Part shown: positions 1 to 13,924 of the stretch, one piece after another
Layout of the letters: each line of letters opens with the position of its first letter
Position numbering within the stretch: the first letter of the stretch is position 1
Source: Amoebidium appalachense
Taxonomy: Eukaryota > Protista > Ichthyosporea
DNA length: 64,000 bases
Assembly: GCA_963693365.1 (NCBI GenBank)
Contig: CAVNZM010000013.1
Coordinates: 5,942,640-6,006,639 of the forward strand
Direction of reading: 5' to 3'
Made by a program: the position numbers and the translations under genes
The notes under the pieces: model-generated
What the model saw: the letters and a program-made list of their open reading frames with translations, nothing else
Told to the model about the DNA's origin: nothing
Database searches by the model: none

Positions 1-939
1 AACCCTCTGTCTGCTCGGCTTGTGCCTGTGGAGCGAGCAAATTTCTAATTAGCTTACAATCACCGAGGCTAGTAGTCACCGTCCACCCAGTAATAAGACC
101 TACAAGCACCGGCAATAAAAATCAAGACATCTAGAGAAACACATGCAAACTTGATTAGCATCCAGGGGTGTAACACAGCTGCACCAGTCGATATTTTCAG
201 CCATAGTGCCCACAGCTACACGTGTGTGGTAAGCAAGCGAGAGTGCACAGGCAGACTTACGGATGCGGCACGAATGCGGTTTTCTTCATCCCGACCGCTA
301 GCTAGATACACAGCAGTGCCCACCGTCACAGCCCCCACCACGGCAGCATACTTCTGCCATCTTCCGCCGCGTCTGCCTGCTGTGTGCCTGGGTGGGGAAA
401 AAAGGGGAAAGCACAGAGTTAAATCGGGCACATGTCAAGCCAAAAGAAGAAATCCGCCCCAATCAGCCAAGTCCTATGTACACTCAGTCCTTCTGCAGTC
501 TCCCCAAACAGGCACCAACACCTGTAAAAATTTCAGCCACTAACCTACATAGCACATTGACACGAAAAACAGCACCCTGTGGCCTAACAACTAGGCTCCA
601 AGCCTGTTATCGGTGCATATATAGTAGAAGACAACGGTGTCCAATCGCAACCAAATGTCACGGCCTTTTCCTCGAATAGAACGAACCTGTGCTTCAAAGG
701 AGCGTGCACAACCGAGAAGAACTATGCACCTATTCATCCACCTAAGTAGCACAGTTTTCTGCCTAGCCCTTACAATGAAACCAATATTATCCAACTGCAA
801 AAGCAAAACCAGCTAAGTTACAAGGGTAGACAAGGGTGACATACACAGCCCGTGCCAGCACGGCAGCGTTCCTGGCATTTGCTCGCACAGCCGGCTGGCT
901 GGCCTGGATGGACGACCGACAGAGAGCTCGTGAAAGCAT
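1..939 (-). CDS. 5' part of a probable mitochondrial-targeted protein with an N-terminal TM segment; runs off the window start
   Basis: Exons 939-845, 387-261 and 25-<1 join in phase with GT-AG ends: MLSRALCRSSIQASQPAVRANARNAAVLARAV-HTAGRRGGRWQKYAAVVGAVTVGTAVYLASGRDEENRIRAAS-AQAEQTEG. The Arg/Ala/Ser-rich, acid-free N-terminus resembles a presequence and is followed by a hydrophobic stretch. Family not identifiable from this part. Confidence 0.7.
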
Positions 940-2502
940 TTGCTGCTAATACTGTAAAGAGATTGGGAATAAAATGATGTTTTTGGTCTCGAATGAATGA
1001 AGTAATTAGTCAAGACACTCTCACGCAAGGGGCAAATTCAGCGCCCAAGACATAAAAACTGAATGACCAACTGAGGCTCGTCATGTGCTTTCATACCAAC
1101 AAGTTGAGCATACGGACACAACCACCAATCATATGAGCCTCCAAAAAGCACTGAGAGATGTGGACGTGACCTTTATCCAATTAAATGCTGCCATATGCAT
1201 GCGCAAATACGTCATTTGACGGTCGATTGCGTAACCGCCAAGGTGTGGCAGAGCGTAGGTATTATTGCTCTGATTACAGACTGCACATTCACAATGGCTT
1301 TCACATTTTAGTGTGGCAAATATAATTTCAATGGTTGATTAATCTTCTAGTGCATCCAGAGTGTCTTCGTGAACTCGTAGACAACCCACTGCCAGACAAA
1401 GAAGGAAAGCTCTGGCTTGCATCTATAATTATTTCGTTGCTCTTATCCAATCACTACACCGTTGTTTGATTTGAGATTGCCGGGCTTTGGAACGAATTTG
1501 ACCGGTACTCCCGAAGATCGACCAATGGCAGTCGGATTTGCAGCCAAGAGAATGTTGCCCAGATCCACGATACAATGCATACACACAGTATGTACACTCA
1601 TAGTTATCAGTAACTTATCACTTTCCTTGTAAGTACTTTCTTATAATGAAATTCATTCTGTGTTAGAAAGGTGTAAAACAAGAAAGCAGCTGCTTTAGCT
1701 GGTAATGTGGCGGCGTGTCATACACACACGCAGAAAAGCAGTGGCCGCAAATTATCCCCAAAAAGGGTGCAGCCCCGACTCACTGGCGAGTCCGACCAGT
1801 TTAGGGGGTCTAGCCGCCGGAATGTGTAACGCGCGTGATTGGCCAGTGCCTTGTTCCTGCGTGCCCGCAGTCACCGCCCAGCTGACAACAAACACACACC
1901 TCTACACACGCCTTGCTGAGCTAGAACTGGGTTCGTGTGTTAGAAGAGCAGAGTGGGAGCCCTACGAAGATATAAGGAGGCTCTGGGCCCAGATGCGTTT
2001 AGGCTGGTTAACATTCGAGCTCGATGGCCAGGTCTCCCTGGTTTGTTCGGCTTTTGTAATGGTCTGATGGGCCATCATGAAGATGGCATGACCATGTTGG
2101 GCCTGGCATTGGTAGTCCCATCTGATGCTGACATGTACGTAAGCTAGTGAAACACCAACCATGGATAGTAGGTAGATAAACTGGTTTTTCCGGGAGGCAG
2201 TAAACTGTAAGTTGTCATGTCTTGTCTTCTTGCGTGTGTGTGCCAGCCTCCCCGCAAGCATCTTTGAGCACATGTGCACCAGCTCCTTCCTTTTGCTGTT
2301 TCCTGGTACCTCACTTGCCTTTGTAGGGCAAATGTTTAGACCGAAGTTACCTTTACAGTTTAGTGAACATTAAAAACCAATATCAGCAACCTCTGAGTCA
2401 CAGCTCTCCATCTCCCTTACTGTCAGACCATTACCAATCACGTGCTAGTTGAGTACGACTGCCCCGGCCGAGCCCTCGGTCTAACTAGGGTGTGTGTGTG
2501 TG

Positions 2503-2533
<31 letters not shown>

Positions 2534-2679
2534 TCGTACTAAAGGCTCGCACCTCGTTGTCCTGGTTATGGCTAATATATTAGCACATATCCTGGGCGTA
2601 CATCAAGCATGGCTCGGTGTACAGGCACATGTCTTCCAACTGCCAGTCCGCCTTCTTGTGCTCTTTGGGAGAACCCCCC

Positions 2680-2717
<38 letters not shown>

Positions 2718-2919
2718 ATAAAAAAAGAAGAAGAAAAGAAAAGAAAAGGAAAGAAAAGGCCATCTATGCACGCTCAGTTCTAAGACTTGTTATTCCACGC
2801 CCTTCTACCAGAGTTTCGAATTGTAAATTTCGTTCAAGTTGTCCTCCCATACTGCATCGACCCGTCCAGCCATTCTGTTCCCACACCCCCACTCACCTAC
2901 AGTCTACATTAACACCTCA

Positions 2920-3560
2920 TATCAGGGCAGCTGCACTATATTATCATACTTATCGCACAAAGATTCGATATATTAGGGCAGCCGTACTTGCCAGATATCG
3001 GTGGGCACAGTAAGGGCACCCGCATCTACATGTCCCTTTCCGGGAAAGACCATATATCTCAAGGATAGCAAGATATTAGATAATTGTGCACCTTATGCCT
3101 TGCCCCAGCCGTACTACCCAAATGCGCACGAAAATTCCCGGAAGTCCCTCGCTAGCGCTGCAGCCATACTATCCAAAACTGGACAAAAGTACTATCGAAA
3201 TGTGTACAAAAACCCCTTATAATCAGTTACTTCGTACAAAACCCCCATACTTCGCTGCAGCCATACTATCCAAATGTGCACAAAAATACTATCCAAATGT
3301 GTACAAAGACCCCATACTGATATCGATCACTGCAGCCGTACTTTCCAAACATGCAGTGTGCACAAAAATGCTATTCCGAGCACAAAAAAACCCCATATTT
3401 TGCTGCAGCCGTACGGTATATCCAGATGTACATCAAAATACTATCAACATATGCACAAAAACCTCCTACTTCACTGCGGCCGTGCTATCACTTGAATGCA
3501 TATGTGCACAGAATTCCACACCTCTCTGCGGTCGTACCATCGAAACAAATATGCACATGC
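2920..3560. repeat. Degenerate minisatellite, about 70-95 bp period
   Basis: Core GCTGCAGCC(A/G)TACTATCCAAA...TACTATC.AAATGTGTACAAA.ACCCC recurs near 3105, 3157, 3253, 3330, 3402 and 3473. Confidence 0.8.
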
Positions 3561-3703
3561 CGAACATAACGACGTTACCAGACTTCGCCATGTTACAATA
3601 ATGATCAAATTGCGTGATAGTAATGATAATGGTTGATCTGAGGCGGTGCCACAAGTCTTCGTTTTTACAGATATTAACTTCGAGCCAATTCTCTACTAAA
3701 ATC

Positions 3704-3748
<45 letters not shown>

Positions 3749-4482
3749 ACACACACCCTCCCCCTCCCCCCTTCCTCCCTTCTTGGCCAGCTCTAAATTT
3801 GCCAATGGCAATCCCATTGACTATGTCAGCAATTCCGAGGCCAAGTTCTGTGATTGTCTCGCTGTACAGTGAATGCCAGTTGCAATTCAAGGGCCTGCAG
3901 GTCGAAAGTGTGGCAGTCCACCGCTAAGTCACGTTGCCACGGCCACACTGAATACTCTATTGGTCGTGTCAGTCTCTGCCGCCTGTGCCGGAAAATCAGC
4001 AAGTTTTCTCTCGGGTCTGCCCTGTCACCAAATCGCATACCCAAAAATTTGTTCTTATTTTTGTAGTCTGCCAGCCATGGATTTGTTTGTAGTCATTTTG
4101 TACGGATTGGACAAAGGATGGGTCGTGCTGTCCAGAAAAGGGGGTGCACATACACGCACACTACCTCTGTCTGTATTAATGGGTGCTCACACACACCCTG
4201 GCTTGGATGATATTGTTTATGTTTCCACCAAAACAAAGCCGAAACAACTACTTCAAAAACTGCATACTGGCACCAGTACCATAACTCTATCTGCCTGCGT
4301 GATTTGCTTTGCACCTACCCCTTTCTTATCCCAGAGCATCTGCCAGCAGTGCCGTGAGCATGGATGGTTGGTGTGTATATGTGTGGCGCTATTTCTAACC
4401 CTGCTAGGGCTGGCCCAACCAGCAGGCCTAAATCTATATACAGCGCGTCTGCTTCGAATTCCCGCCACCTGGGCCGGGGCCA

Positions 4483-4577
4483 CTACATTCTATCGGGGAC
4501 AGCCTAAAGTCCTAACGTCTACCACAGGCCTACATTCTATCGGGGACAGCCTAAAGTCCTAACGTCTACCACAGGCC
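4483..4577. repeat. Perfect 47-bp tandem duplication downstream of the protease stop codon
   Basis: CTACATTCTATCGGGGACAGCCTAAAGTCCTAACGTCTACCACAGGC occurs at 4483 and 4530. Confidence 0.9.
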
Positions 4578-4644
4578 TTCATCTTTCCGCCTGCAGCCTC
4601 ATATGTCGGTGCCTGCCGGTACATACCAGAATCCCCCTATTGGT

Positions 4645-6724
4645 CTAGAGGGCCACGGAGACCAGGTCGCCACCACTGGGTGTGTATGCTGCCCCGGCTA
4701 GGGTCACCGTGGTGCCGGCTACATAGTTTGTTGCTGAGTTCAGGCTCACAACCTGTCCCGCACTATCCCGGGCAAAAGCCAGTGCTGTGGGCTCAATGGG
4801 TGCGGTGATTGTACTGTTTGCACGGGCCAGCATGCTGCAGGTGTAGGCGTAGCGGCTGATGCTCTCCTCAGTCTGCACGCAGTACACGTCCCCTGCAGGT
4901 CAGCCGTCAGGCCATGTGCAATACATGGAAAGGTGTGCAAGCAGTACGTTTCCCTGACTAGTAGTACGGTGTGCATGCAGTGTTTGCTGTGCAAGCAGTA
5001 CGGGCCTATGACCAGGAGCACTGTGTGCATGCAGGGGGGCATGCAAGCAGTACTACTTCCATGACTGTATATGTGTGCAGTGCGGTGTGCTTGCAGTACA
5101 TTGCCATTTACCACGCACGCACACCCTGTTGCATGCAGGTGGCACCATGCACAGCTACCCAGCCATTTACCACGCACGCACACCCTGTTGCATGCAGGTG
5201 GCACCATGCACAGCTACCCAAAGTCTGGGCACATTGACCCCCCCCCCCCCCCCCCCCAACCTCCCTCCCCCCCTCCCAAATCTCCCCTCTCCCCCCTCCC
5301 CCCTTTCAACCACGTCATATACCCCCCACAAATGCCCCCAGCACTCACCCTGGGTGGTGTCTGTGCCTGCCTTCATCTGCCACGTGCCCCGCAGCTGCCT
5401 TGCCGGGCTATCGATATCGGTGACGGTGATTAATGCGCTGTCCACCATGCTCTCCTGCAGGCCCCCATTCAGCCCTGACGTCACCACGGTGCGTGCTGTG
5501 GGCCTGGTGGTCTGCCACTGGCCTAACATCTTGCTGACTACTGGCCGGCTATCAAGTTTGACGGGGGTGAGTGCCTGCACGTGCACAGGTATTAGAACAG
5601 TCTGTCTGTGTTAGGGGAGGAAGGGTGGGGGGGGGGGGGGGGGGGAGGCGGGGAGTGAGGATGGGTTGAAATGTACTGCGACAGAGTGCAGAAATGCGAG
5701 CAGTTAGTGCATGTGCGCACGTATCAAAGCAGGATGCCAGGGTATCGACTGAACGGGCATGTGTGCTTTCTCATGTGTGCAGTGGAGGTCGGATAGGGGT
5801 GATGGCGGTGGTGGTGGTGGCGGTAGGTGGGTGGTTGGTGGGTGGGTGGGGGAGGGGAAGAGGTGTATGGTATGTATGTACTGATGGGCGTATTGCTGTG
5901 GGAACGCGCAGGCGAGCATGTGAGTTGACCATGATCCGGGCACATGCAATTGCTCAGGTGTGCGTAGGGTGCCCACCGTAAAACATACCAAATGCCAGGC
6001 GTATGTGTGTTATGTGTGTGTGCCAGGCATACACACGTATAATCGTGTGTGGCATGCAATCACACTGTGTGTGTAAACGGGAAACATTTGAATGACGTGC
6101 GTACTTGTGCGGAAGGGCAAATACGATGCAAGGTAAAGATGGTAAAAGCAACGTCTTGGGCCATGATCTTTTGTTTGAAGTGTTGGTTCGCGCGTGTTAT
6201 TCGGTGTACTGGGTTGGCCTAAGCAGGTGCACACCTTTTTTCTGCATTGCACTTCATGTGAGCATGCTTGCTTATGTGTATATGTGTGCGTGCGTGTGCC
6301 ACCGAATGCTAGTGTGTGTGCATATGCATATGTTATGTGCAGGTGTGTGGCGGTGTGTTATTATGTGTGCATGCGCAGATGGTTTGTGTTTGTGCCCGTG
6401 CCACGGAGTGTAAATGTGTGTGTGTGTGTGTGCACACATGCAAAAGATGCATATGTCTTTGTGCGTGTCACCGTGCGTGCTAATATATGTGCAAGTGTGG
6501 GTGTGGTGTGTGTGTGTGTGTGTGTCTCAGTGTGTGTGCCTCGGTCTGATAAGGTGTACGCGAGTATACGATTTGTCTTTGTGTTCGCGTATGTGCGCCC
6601 TGAGACACATAAAATCATTGCAGTTAACCGGTATGTGAGAGAGTAGGGGTGCGTGTGTGTGCATGTGCATGCGTGCGTGCGTGCGTGCGTGCGTGTGCGC
6701 GCGTGTGTGCGTGTGTTCATGTGT

Positions 6725-6799
<75 letters not shown>

Positions 6800-9540
6800 G
6801 ACAGTTGCACGTATCCAAGCATGTACACACCTTGCTGTCAGCCGTCATGGTGACCTGCATTGTTGCCTTGGCCAGGTCTGCAGCATTTGTGCCTGCAGGG
6901 AACAGAGAGGCCACCCGCACCCGGCAGATGGTGCGGTTTGCTGCGGCACTGCTGCTGCCGTTGCATGCAGTACTGCCATTCCCTTCAAAGTCGATCTGTG
7001 AAGGACCGTATGAGTGCACGTACCAATCTACATGTTGCTAGCGACACGTGGCACTAGACCAGCAACGAAGAGCGGGGCAGAAAACACCCAACTGAGGGCA
7101 AAGGGCACGTGCTTTCACACACAGTAGGCACACATGAGGCACAGAAATAGGCGCTACGCGCTGGGGTGCACAGGGTTTGAGACACATGCAAAGATCTGCA
7201 CCACAAACAGCCACGTGCAAACAGCACCGACGTGGACACATACAGGTGTGTTACAGGCTTAAGAACACATCCGAGGAATATATATCACGCATCGACAACA
7301 CACGTGCAGCTGGAGCTAACACGTTCACACACGCATTCCAAGAAAGCAATCTAGCCACGAGCCACGAGAAGGCACAAAAACTAGTCTGACATGTGCTCCA
7401 TCGCACCTGCACATGCTCGACCACGTACATTCGCTCTTACACTGAAAAACGTATTGGTGCACACACATGTCACGGTACAGAACAATGCACACACACATGC
7501 AAACGGCTAACATGACATATGCACATATACATGCACTGCGCACACAAAGGCACAAACGCACATGCACACACCAGTCACACCACACACACACACATTAAAC
7601 GCACACCACCCACCCACCCACACACACACACCCACATACACACCCACACACCCACAAACACACGCCACACACACACACACACACCACACAAACACACACA
7701 ACCTAACCCACACCTACCTCCTTGCAGAAGCTGCTTGCAGGCCCACAAGTAACCCTCGTATCATTGAGCATATTGAGTGTTGTGCTCGCGGCCGCACTTC
7801 CAGCCCTACCCACTATAGTTGCCGTCACATTGCTGGGCTGCACTGCCCCTCCAGCCGCCGAGCAGCTAATTGCTGCAGTGGGGCCAGGCACGGCCGCCAC
7901 ACTGGCACCACTGGGACAGTCGCTGCTGCAGTTGAAGCCAAAGTACAGCACAGGTGATACATTGGCCTTGCCACTGCCCCCAACAAACTCCGTGAAGAAC
8001 GACTGCAGAAATACACTTGTCGGTATCATGCCCCTCTCCCCCCCTCCTTCACACCATCCCACCTCAAGCCCCCACCCCCAACGCACACATAGTATCTACA
8101 AATACACGACGTCACACCCACCTTAAGGCCGGGGTCCACAGGCGGGGTGCCTGCATAGAGGGTGTCTGGGGCGATGTTCGAGGTGATCCAGTCCATGTAC
8201 AAGGGAATGTTGACGTACACGCCGTACCGGTTGGCCTTTGCACAGCCGTCCCCCCAGCTGGTGATGCCCCACTGTACATCGTCCTGCCCTTCTGGCCCAT
8301 ACTGGAACGCTGGCCCTCCGCTGTCACCCGTGCAGGCATCAATCCTGCACCCCAAGCCGTTAGCACTGGCCTACACTACACCCCCGCACCCTGCACAGAC
8401 AAGGTGGTTCACATACATGCCCTCGGCATAGCCGGCACAGAACTGGTTGTTGGTGATGAGACCACTCAGGCCAGGCGTCGCCCTGCACGTGTCCAGGCTG
8501 ACCACAGGCACCTGGGCCTGCATAAGCTGCTCGGGCAGCACCGTGTTGCCGTACTGCAGCACCCCCCAGCCGATCACCTCCAGCTTGGTGCCTGCGGGCA
8601 CGTCTGCAGAGGTGTGGAGCTTAATGGGCTTGCGGTAACCGCAGCTGTTGGTGGTGGCTGTGGTGGTTGCTGGCCGATCCAGCTGTGTGTGGAGGGGTGC
8701 AAGGGCGTCAGCAAAAGTGGAACACTGCTTCTGCTGTGGCCCAGCTAACCGATTTATAGCTGGAGACTGCTTCTCTTTGCCCCTTACCAGAACATGCAAG
8801 TGGCCATACTGTCAGGAAGTTGTGGCCATACTGTCAGGAAGTTATTGAGAATCTGCGGGCACTCACCTTAAGCAGCAGCAAGTCGTTCATCAGTTTCTCG
8901 TTCCACTGTTCGTGTCGGATAGCTTGTACCACGTCGTACTTGTCAAAAGAATCCTCGTCGCTGCGCTGGTTGCCCCCCAGCCACACCTGCACAAAGGGTG
9001 CCAGCCTCAGCAACCTTATCTCCCCTCGATCTATCCTCCTCTCCTCTTACTTCTTCCCCTGTCCATGCTGCTCTCCCGTTGCTTTCCCTCAATAGGATCT
9101 AATGCATTTCTCCTTCGCCCACTTACGACCTTCCTCGCCTTCTTCCTTCTCCTTACTATTATCAACCTTCCCCCCGCCCCCCTCCACTCTCCCCTCTCCC
9201 ACTCCCCACACACGTACCGCACACCCACGCCACACCACCACCCACCCTCCCCGCCCGGAGCACGTACTTGGATTGATGTGGGGGGCTGCTTCAAGCAGTG
9301 GCCTGCCGTGAGAACCCACGAGTCCGCTATTAGTGTACCGCCGCAGAAATGCGCCATACCACCCGTGCTGTTTGGATAGCGCAGGGACGCCATCCACTGT
9401 GGTGTGGTGTACAGCTCCGTGCCGCCAACTATGCGTGCCTCGGGCACAAACTCGCCTACACCCTCCAAGGGTCCGGGGGCTGCCCTGCTCAGCCCCACCA
9501 GGCCGGCCGCCGTCCCTAACGCGCCTAATCTGCTTGCCAT
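4645..9540 (-). CDS. Secreted trypsin-like (S1A) serine protease with an unrecognised C-terminal extension of about 300 aa; 8 exons, about 601 aa
   Basis: Exons 9540-9268, 8986-8867, 8682-8417, 8344-8122, 8002-7718, 6995-6831, 5574-5349 and 4892-4645 are all GT-AG and phase-compatible (1806 nt). Hydrophobic N-terminus, activation site EAR|IVGG, CGGTLI...WVLTAGHC (His), NDLLLLKL (Asp), IGWG, DACTGDSGGP (Ser, with S1 Asp), GITSWGDGCA and YGVY. Confidence 0.93.
5103..5220. repeat. 59-bp tandem duplication in the last protease intron
   Basis: GCCATTTACCACGCACGCACACCCTGTTGCATGCAGGTGGCACCATGCACAGCTACCCA occurs at 5103 and 5162. Confidence 0.9.
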
Positions 9541-10879
9541 GGTTGCTGTGTCTCTGACGCGCCCGTGCCCGTGTGCTGTTCGTTATTTGACTCTAATATT
9601 TTTTTCCTCGCAAGTGTGCCTTAGTCTTTGCAATCCCTTCCGCACGCTCAGCCTGCCTCGCGCAACTGCAGGCTATGGCGGCCTTTTGTACACTGATATG
9701 TACCGTTATGTTTTGGCCAATTCAGGCCGTGACTTATAACCAATTAGCTGCCGCGATGGCTCTTGACTGTGCCCGCAGGTTTAAGATGCACCAATAAAAG
9801 TGCGTTGTTTTATCTCCCGCGAACCAGCCTAAACTGCCTCCGCGGCCCGGGGCGCCGGGGGCGGCCCTTTGGCCGGTCCCAACAGCTTCACCAAGCTTTA
9901 GACAATCAGCTTCTGTTGTTCACACAAGGTTTAGCCATTTTAGCCATTATTTGGGCTGAACCATGTTTTGCATAGCAACCGCTCTAGTAATGTTCCATAT
10001 TGTAACTGAACTTGAACCTGACCTCAACATGTAAAGTCAGCCGATCCTTTAGGTTCTTAGAAGAATGGCATGCGGTAGATGCCATCCCTGCTCCTTGCCC
10101 AATCACATTGCACATCAAATAAGCAGGCTTCAGTGGGGTCTTTCTCGAAAATAGAGGCATTATTAAAAAAAAATGAGGCTGCACTATGATAATGTGTAGT
10201 GCCACTGTATGATGCTCCTTTCTAGCCTTATAGTAGCAGCCATGATGTTTGTATTTATTTTTTGGCTTCCGTAGCAGTTGTTTTATTTTTTTGAAAACAA
10301 ACCATCGATGATTCATGTCGTGAATTTCATGATTGAATAATTTGAATTCAACATAGTACTTTCATAAATTCGCCATGGGGGTCTGATGTTTGTCTGGGAT
10401 AGAAATTGTAGGAGACCGCTGAGCAATGACTAAGAATTCAGGGTGTGAAAATACTCTTTTGGTGCACCTTATTTTTCTGTTACAGAGCTTACAGAACCTC
10501 GCCTAAGGTTATAAGAAGAACCTTCTGTTTATAAGAAAATTTATTGGCTGTTTGTTACAGGCCCTTTTACGGTGCTCACGCGTGTGTGTATGTATGTGCA
10601 AAGCTTTACATAAACTGCTCGAACCCATACAGAGAGGCAGCTATTTTTAGGCCAGTGCACGTGAGCAAAACATGTGCGTCGAACGTCATGATCAGGCAGC
10701 AGCTGCCATGACGCGTGTGCACTTCCAATAGTCATAGGTACAGTTGCCAACTTCAGGCAGTCAGGACTTCAAGTTCCAACTTCCAGCTCAACGGTTAGTT
10801 TACTTCTGTCTTACTGTAGGAGAAACGATGAAAAGTAATCTGGACAATTTGCTCAATATGTATCAGGATTAGTTTTAGT

Positions 10880-12020
10880 ACTACCTACATACAAACAGCA
10901 GTAGAATACAAATATCTTGGTGTTCCGGTTGATTCTGTTGGTGTTATGTTTCCCCATATGGTCGAAAAGAGGGTAGAGTTGGCTCGTAAGCGGTTAGCTT
11001 TCTTCTCGGCTAATATTTTTAAAGACACACCCCTCCATCCTTCTATTAGACTTACATTTATTCGCACTTTTGTCTTCCCGGCATGTGAATATGGTTTACC
11101 CCCTTCTCGCCGCTTGGATCAAGAAAGAGAGAACTAGAGCGCTTAAACCCTTGGCAAATTTCCTTGAAGCAGAAGTTGCCTCCTTTCTATCTAACAACTG
11201 TTGTAAACCTGGGCCTGTAACGCTCTCGATATATGGTCTGGTCCCAATAGCTGCTAGAGTATCCTATCTCGCGCTGAAATTCAATAAGCACATAAGCCGC
11301 TTAAAGAAGTATTTGCCCTCCCACCCTCTCTTCTCTATCCGACCTGTCCCCTCCTCACCTCTCCCCTCTTTCCTCCCCTCTCTCTCCCCTTCTCCCCTGG
11401 GCACAAATACAAATAAACCCCGCAATAGTGTGTGTGTGACTTTGGACTGCCACTTACTTATTAAACATGTACACAATCACAAGATAATCACGCAATATAA
11501 CAAATGGAAAAAGATACCACACGACACTAGACCCGATGAAAGCATACACCTTGAAAAACTAAGCCTTATGTCTCGTTTTATATATACTGACCGCCTCAAC
11601 CATATTGCCAAATATGGCACTCGCAAGTGTATAACACCTAAATACATATTACCTTCCTGTAGAACTGGTCTTTCTCTAGCTGATGGTATTATTGATCAAT
11701 TACCACGCTTTTACTGTACACGTGCTATACAGTGGAGATCTAATAAGTATAAGGTGGCATCATTTGCATGCCCAAACAACACACACACACACCAGTTTAA
11801 CCGGTCATGTATCGCCAAATGTAGTTTGATAGACCACATAATACCGCAACACACACACGTCACATTCACAACAGACACCCAGAAAGATAGCCTACCTGTA
11901 AATTACAACATCCTTGATTTTATACTAAACACGCGTAACTACGACCTGTTTATTAGGTGTATTGATTGGCTTGAGAAACACATCACTACAAAATTATAGC
12001 GCACGCGCACACACACACAC

Positions 12021-12071
<51 letters not shown>

Positions 12072-12103
12072 CCAGCTGATACAGAGTGTCCCGAGGGGAG
12101 CCC

Positions 12104-12141
<38 letters not shown>
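10880..12141 (+). mobile_element. 5'-truncated non-LTR retrotransposon (LINE): RT thumb and C-terminal region, 3' UTR, poly(A)
   Basis: EYKYLGVP (RT motif 7) is followed by ...TFIRTFVFPACEYGLP. After a +1 shift in a C run near 11099-11103 the ORF continues to 11999 with QWRSN...C...FNR.C...C and ILDFILN. A (CA)n UTR and an A-tail at 12108-12141 follow. Homologous to the element at 57.5-58.7 kb. Confidence 0.85.
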
Positions 12142-12142
<1 letters not shown>

Positions 12143-12417
12143 GGGGAACCCCAACTAATTGATTTCTCCTTGTAGTCTTTATGGTGTCTCGTAGAGAAAG
12201 TAAACCCTGATATATAGTCACCACCCGACATCTATGTACGTGATCATGATATACCGCTGAGGGGATATTCCGAGCAAAAACCCCCCCCCCATACCTGAGA
12301 CTGGTTCTCTTTGCCTCGAGTAAACAGCGTAAACCCCAGTAGTATTTGGAAGATCGGGTGCCTGTGTGAGTTTTGTCCGATGCGGCAAAGCAAATTGAAT
12401 TCTACCAACCTCACCGC

Positions 12418-13050
12418 TTTTTTTTCTTTTTTTTTTTTTTTTTTTTTTTTTTTGGTTTTCTTTTTCTTGGTTTGTTTGTATGCCTGTTTATTTTTCTCTC
12501 TTGTTCGGTTTTGTGGTTTCCCAACGGTCTGGGACACTCGGCTTCCATGCTAGTGAGCTAGCGCTGTGGCCGTGTGCGTGTACAGTGTGTGTCACACACG
12601 TGTTTGTGTGTGTATACATGTACGCGCGCGCGCGCGTGTATGTGTGTGTGCGTGCGTGCGTGCGTGAGTGCGTGCGTGCGTGCATGCGTCCGGGTGTGTG
12701 TGCATGTGTGTTAACGTGCGCGCGCGCCAGGCGTGTTCGCGCGCGTGTGTGCGTATGCATGGTGACAGTGTCACGGTGTTCTTGCTCATAGCGCTAATGG
12801 CGGTGCCCACATGTCTCTCCGCATCCAGATTTGGAGATCTAGAGGGCAACATAGATATGAAATCATTACCAACGGTGTGCACTTGCGGCACGACGTCCAG
12901 AGGGAGGATGTGGCTAATTAGGCTTATAAGACTCGGGGGATAATCGGAAATCGAGGGTGTTCACACGTGTAGAGCGTGTGAGCAACAAGCCTCGCTGTGG
13001 GAGAGAAGACCCCATGCACATGGCCAGGGGGATAGGGGGTGTGGGAGGGA
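12418..13050 (-). mobile_element. Degenerate LINE 3' remnant, tail-to-tail with the previous element
   Basis: T-rich tail from 12418. GGGACACTC at 12531 is the reverse complement of GAGTGTCCC in the UTR of the 10.9-12.1 kb LINE. (TG)n UTR. The minus strand reads LVAHTLYTCEHP near 12955-12990, resembling the H...C half of a LINE zinc knuckle. Frames are broken. Confidence 0.5.
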
Positions 13051-13614
13051 GAGGGGGGCGAGGGGGGGGAGTGGGTGGGAGGGGTTGGAGAAGGGTGTGA
13101 GTAGAGTATTACTAACGGGTTCTACTGCATAGAAGATCTCCGGAGCTAGTACTTCGAGGTGATCCACGGTCCCCGTAGTGTGTATTTTTTGTTTTTTTTT
13201 TTCCACAGAACAAGGATCTGGCTAGATATATGTGCTCCTCAATGTATTACGTATTAATTTTGGGATCATCACCTTACTGGGATTATCTTCTTGGGTCGTG
13301 ATTGCTCTGAGGGCGGTATCGTGATATATATCCGATACTATGTACACACGACATAGCAGCAGGTCCTGGAGAAGTAGAGGGAGACACAGCAGCTCGGATC
13401 CCTCCGGGGTGGTGACCCGCGTCCCCAGCCCCTCCCCCCCGCTTCCCCTCCCCGCCCTCCCCCCCCCCCCCCCCCCCCCCCTCCCCCCCCCTCCCCCCTT
13501 TCCCCTCTCTTTCCCTCCCACCACCACGGCCCCCACCCCCCACAGCTGACCGAGCAGTGGTGGGTCTCTTCCCCCCACCCATGGTGCACCCACCCTGCCC
13601 CCAGCCCTGCCCCC

Positions 13615-13651
<37 letters not shown>

Positions 13652-13657
13652 ACAAAA

Positions 13658-13721
<64 letters not shown>

Positions 13722-13815
13722 CCTTCGGGTGCACGAGCGGAGTACGAGATTGCATATGCAACGGTTCCCCCCCCCCACCCTCCCCCCCCCCTCCCCCCGC
13801 CAACACACACATGCG

Positions 13816-13900
<85 letters not shown>

Positions 13901-13924
13901 ACAGACACACACACACACACACAC

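Noticed and set aside
1705-2330. Short complex-sequence ORFs on both strands, with a possible donor near 2139
   Set aside because: No recognisable motif and no consistent exon chain; cannot be supported as a gene.
3790-4562. ORFs of 229 aa (+) and 72 aa (-) downstream of the protease
   Set aside because: No recognisable domain or splice structure; possibly a decayed element.
12070-12110. Hammerhead ribozyme in the LINE 3' UTR (CTGATAC...)
   Set aside because: Lacks the CUGANGA and GAAA core.
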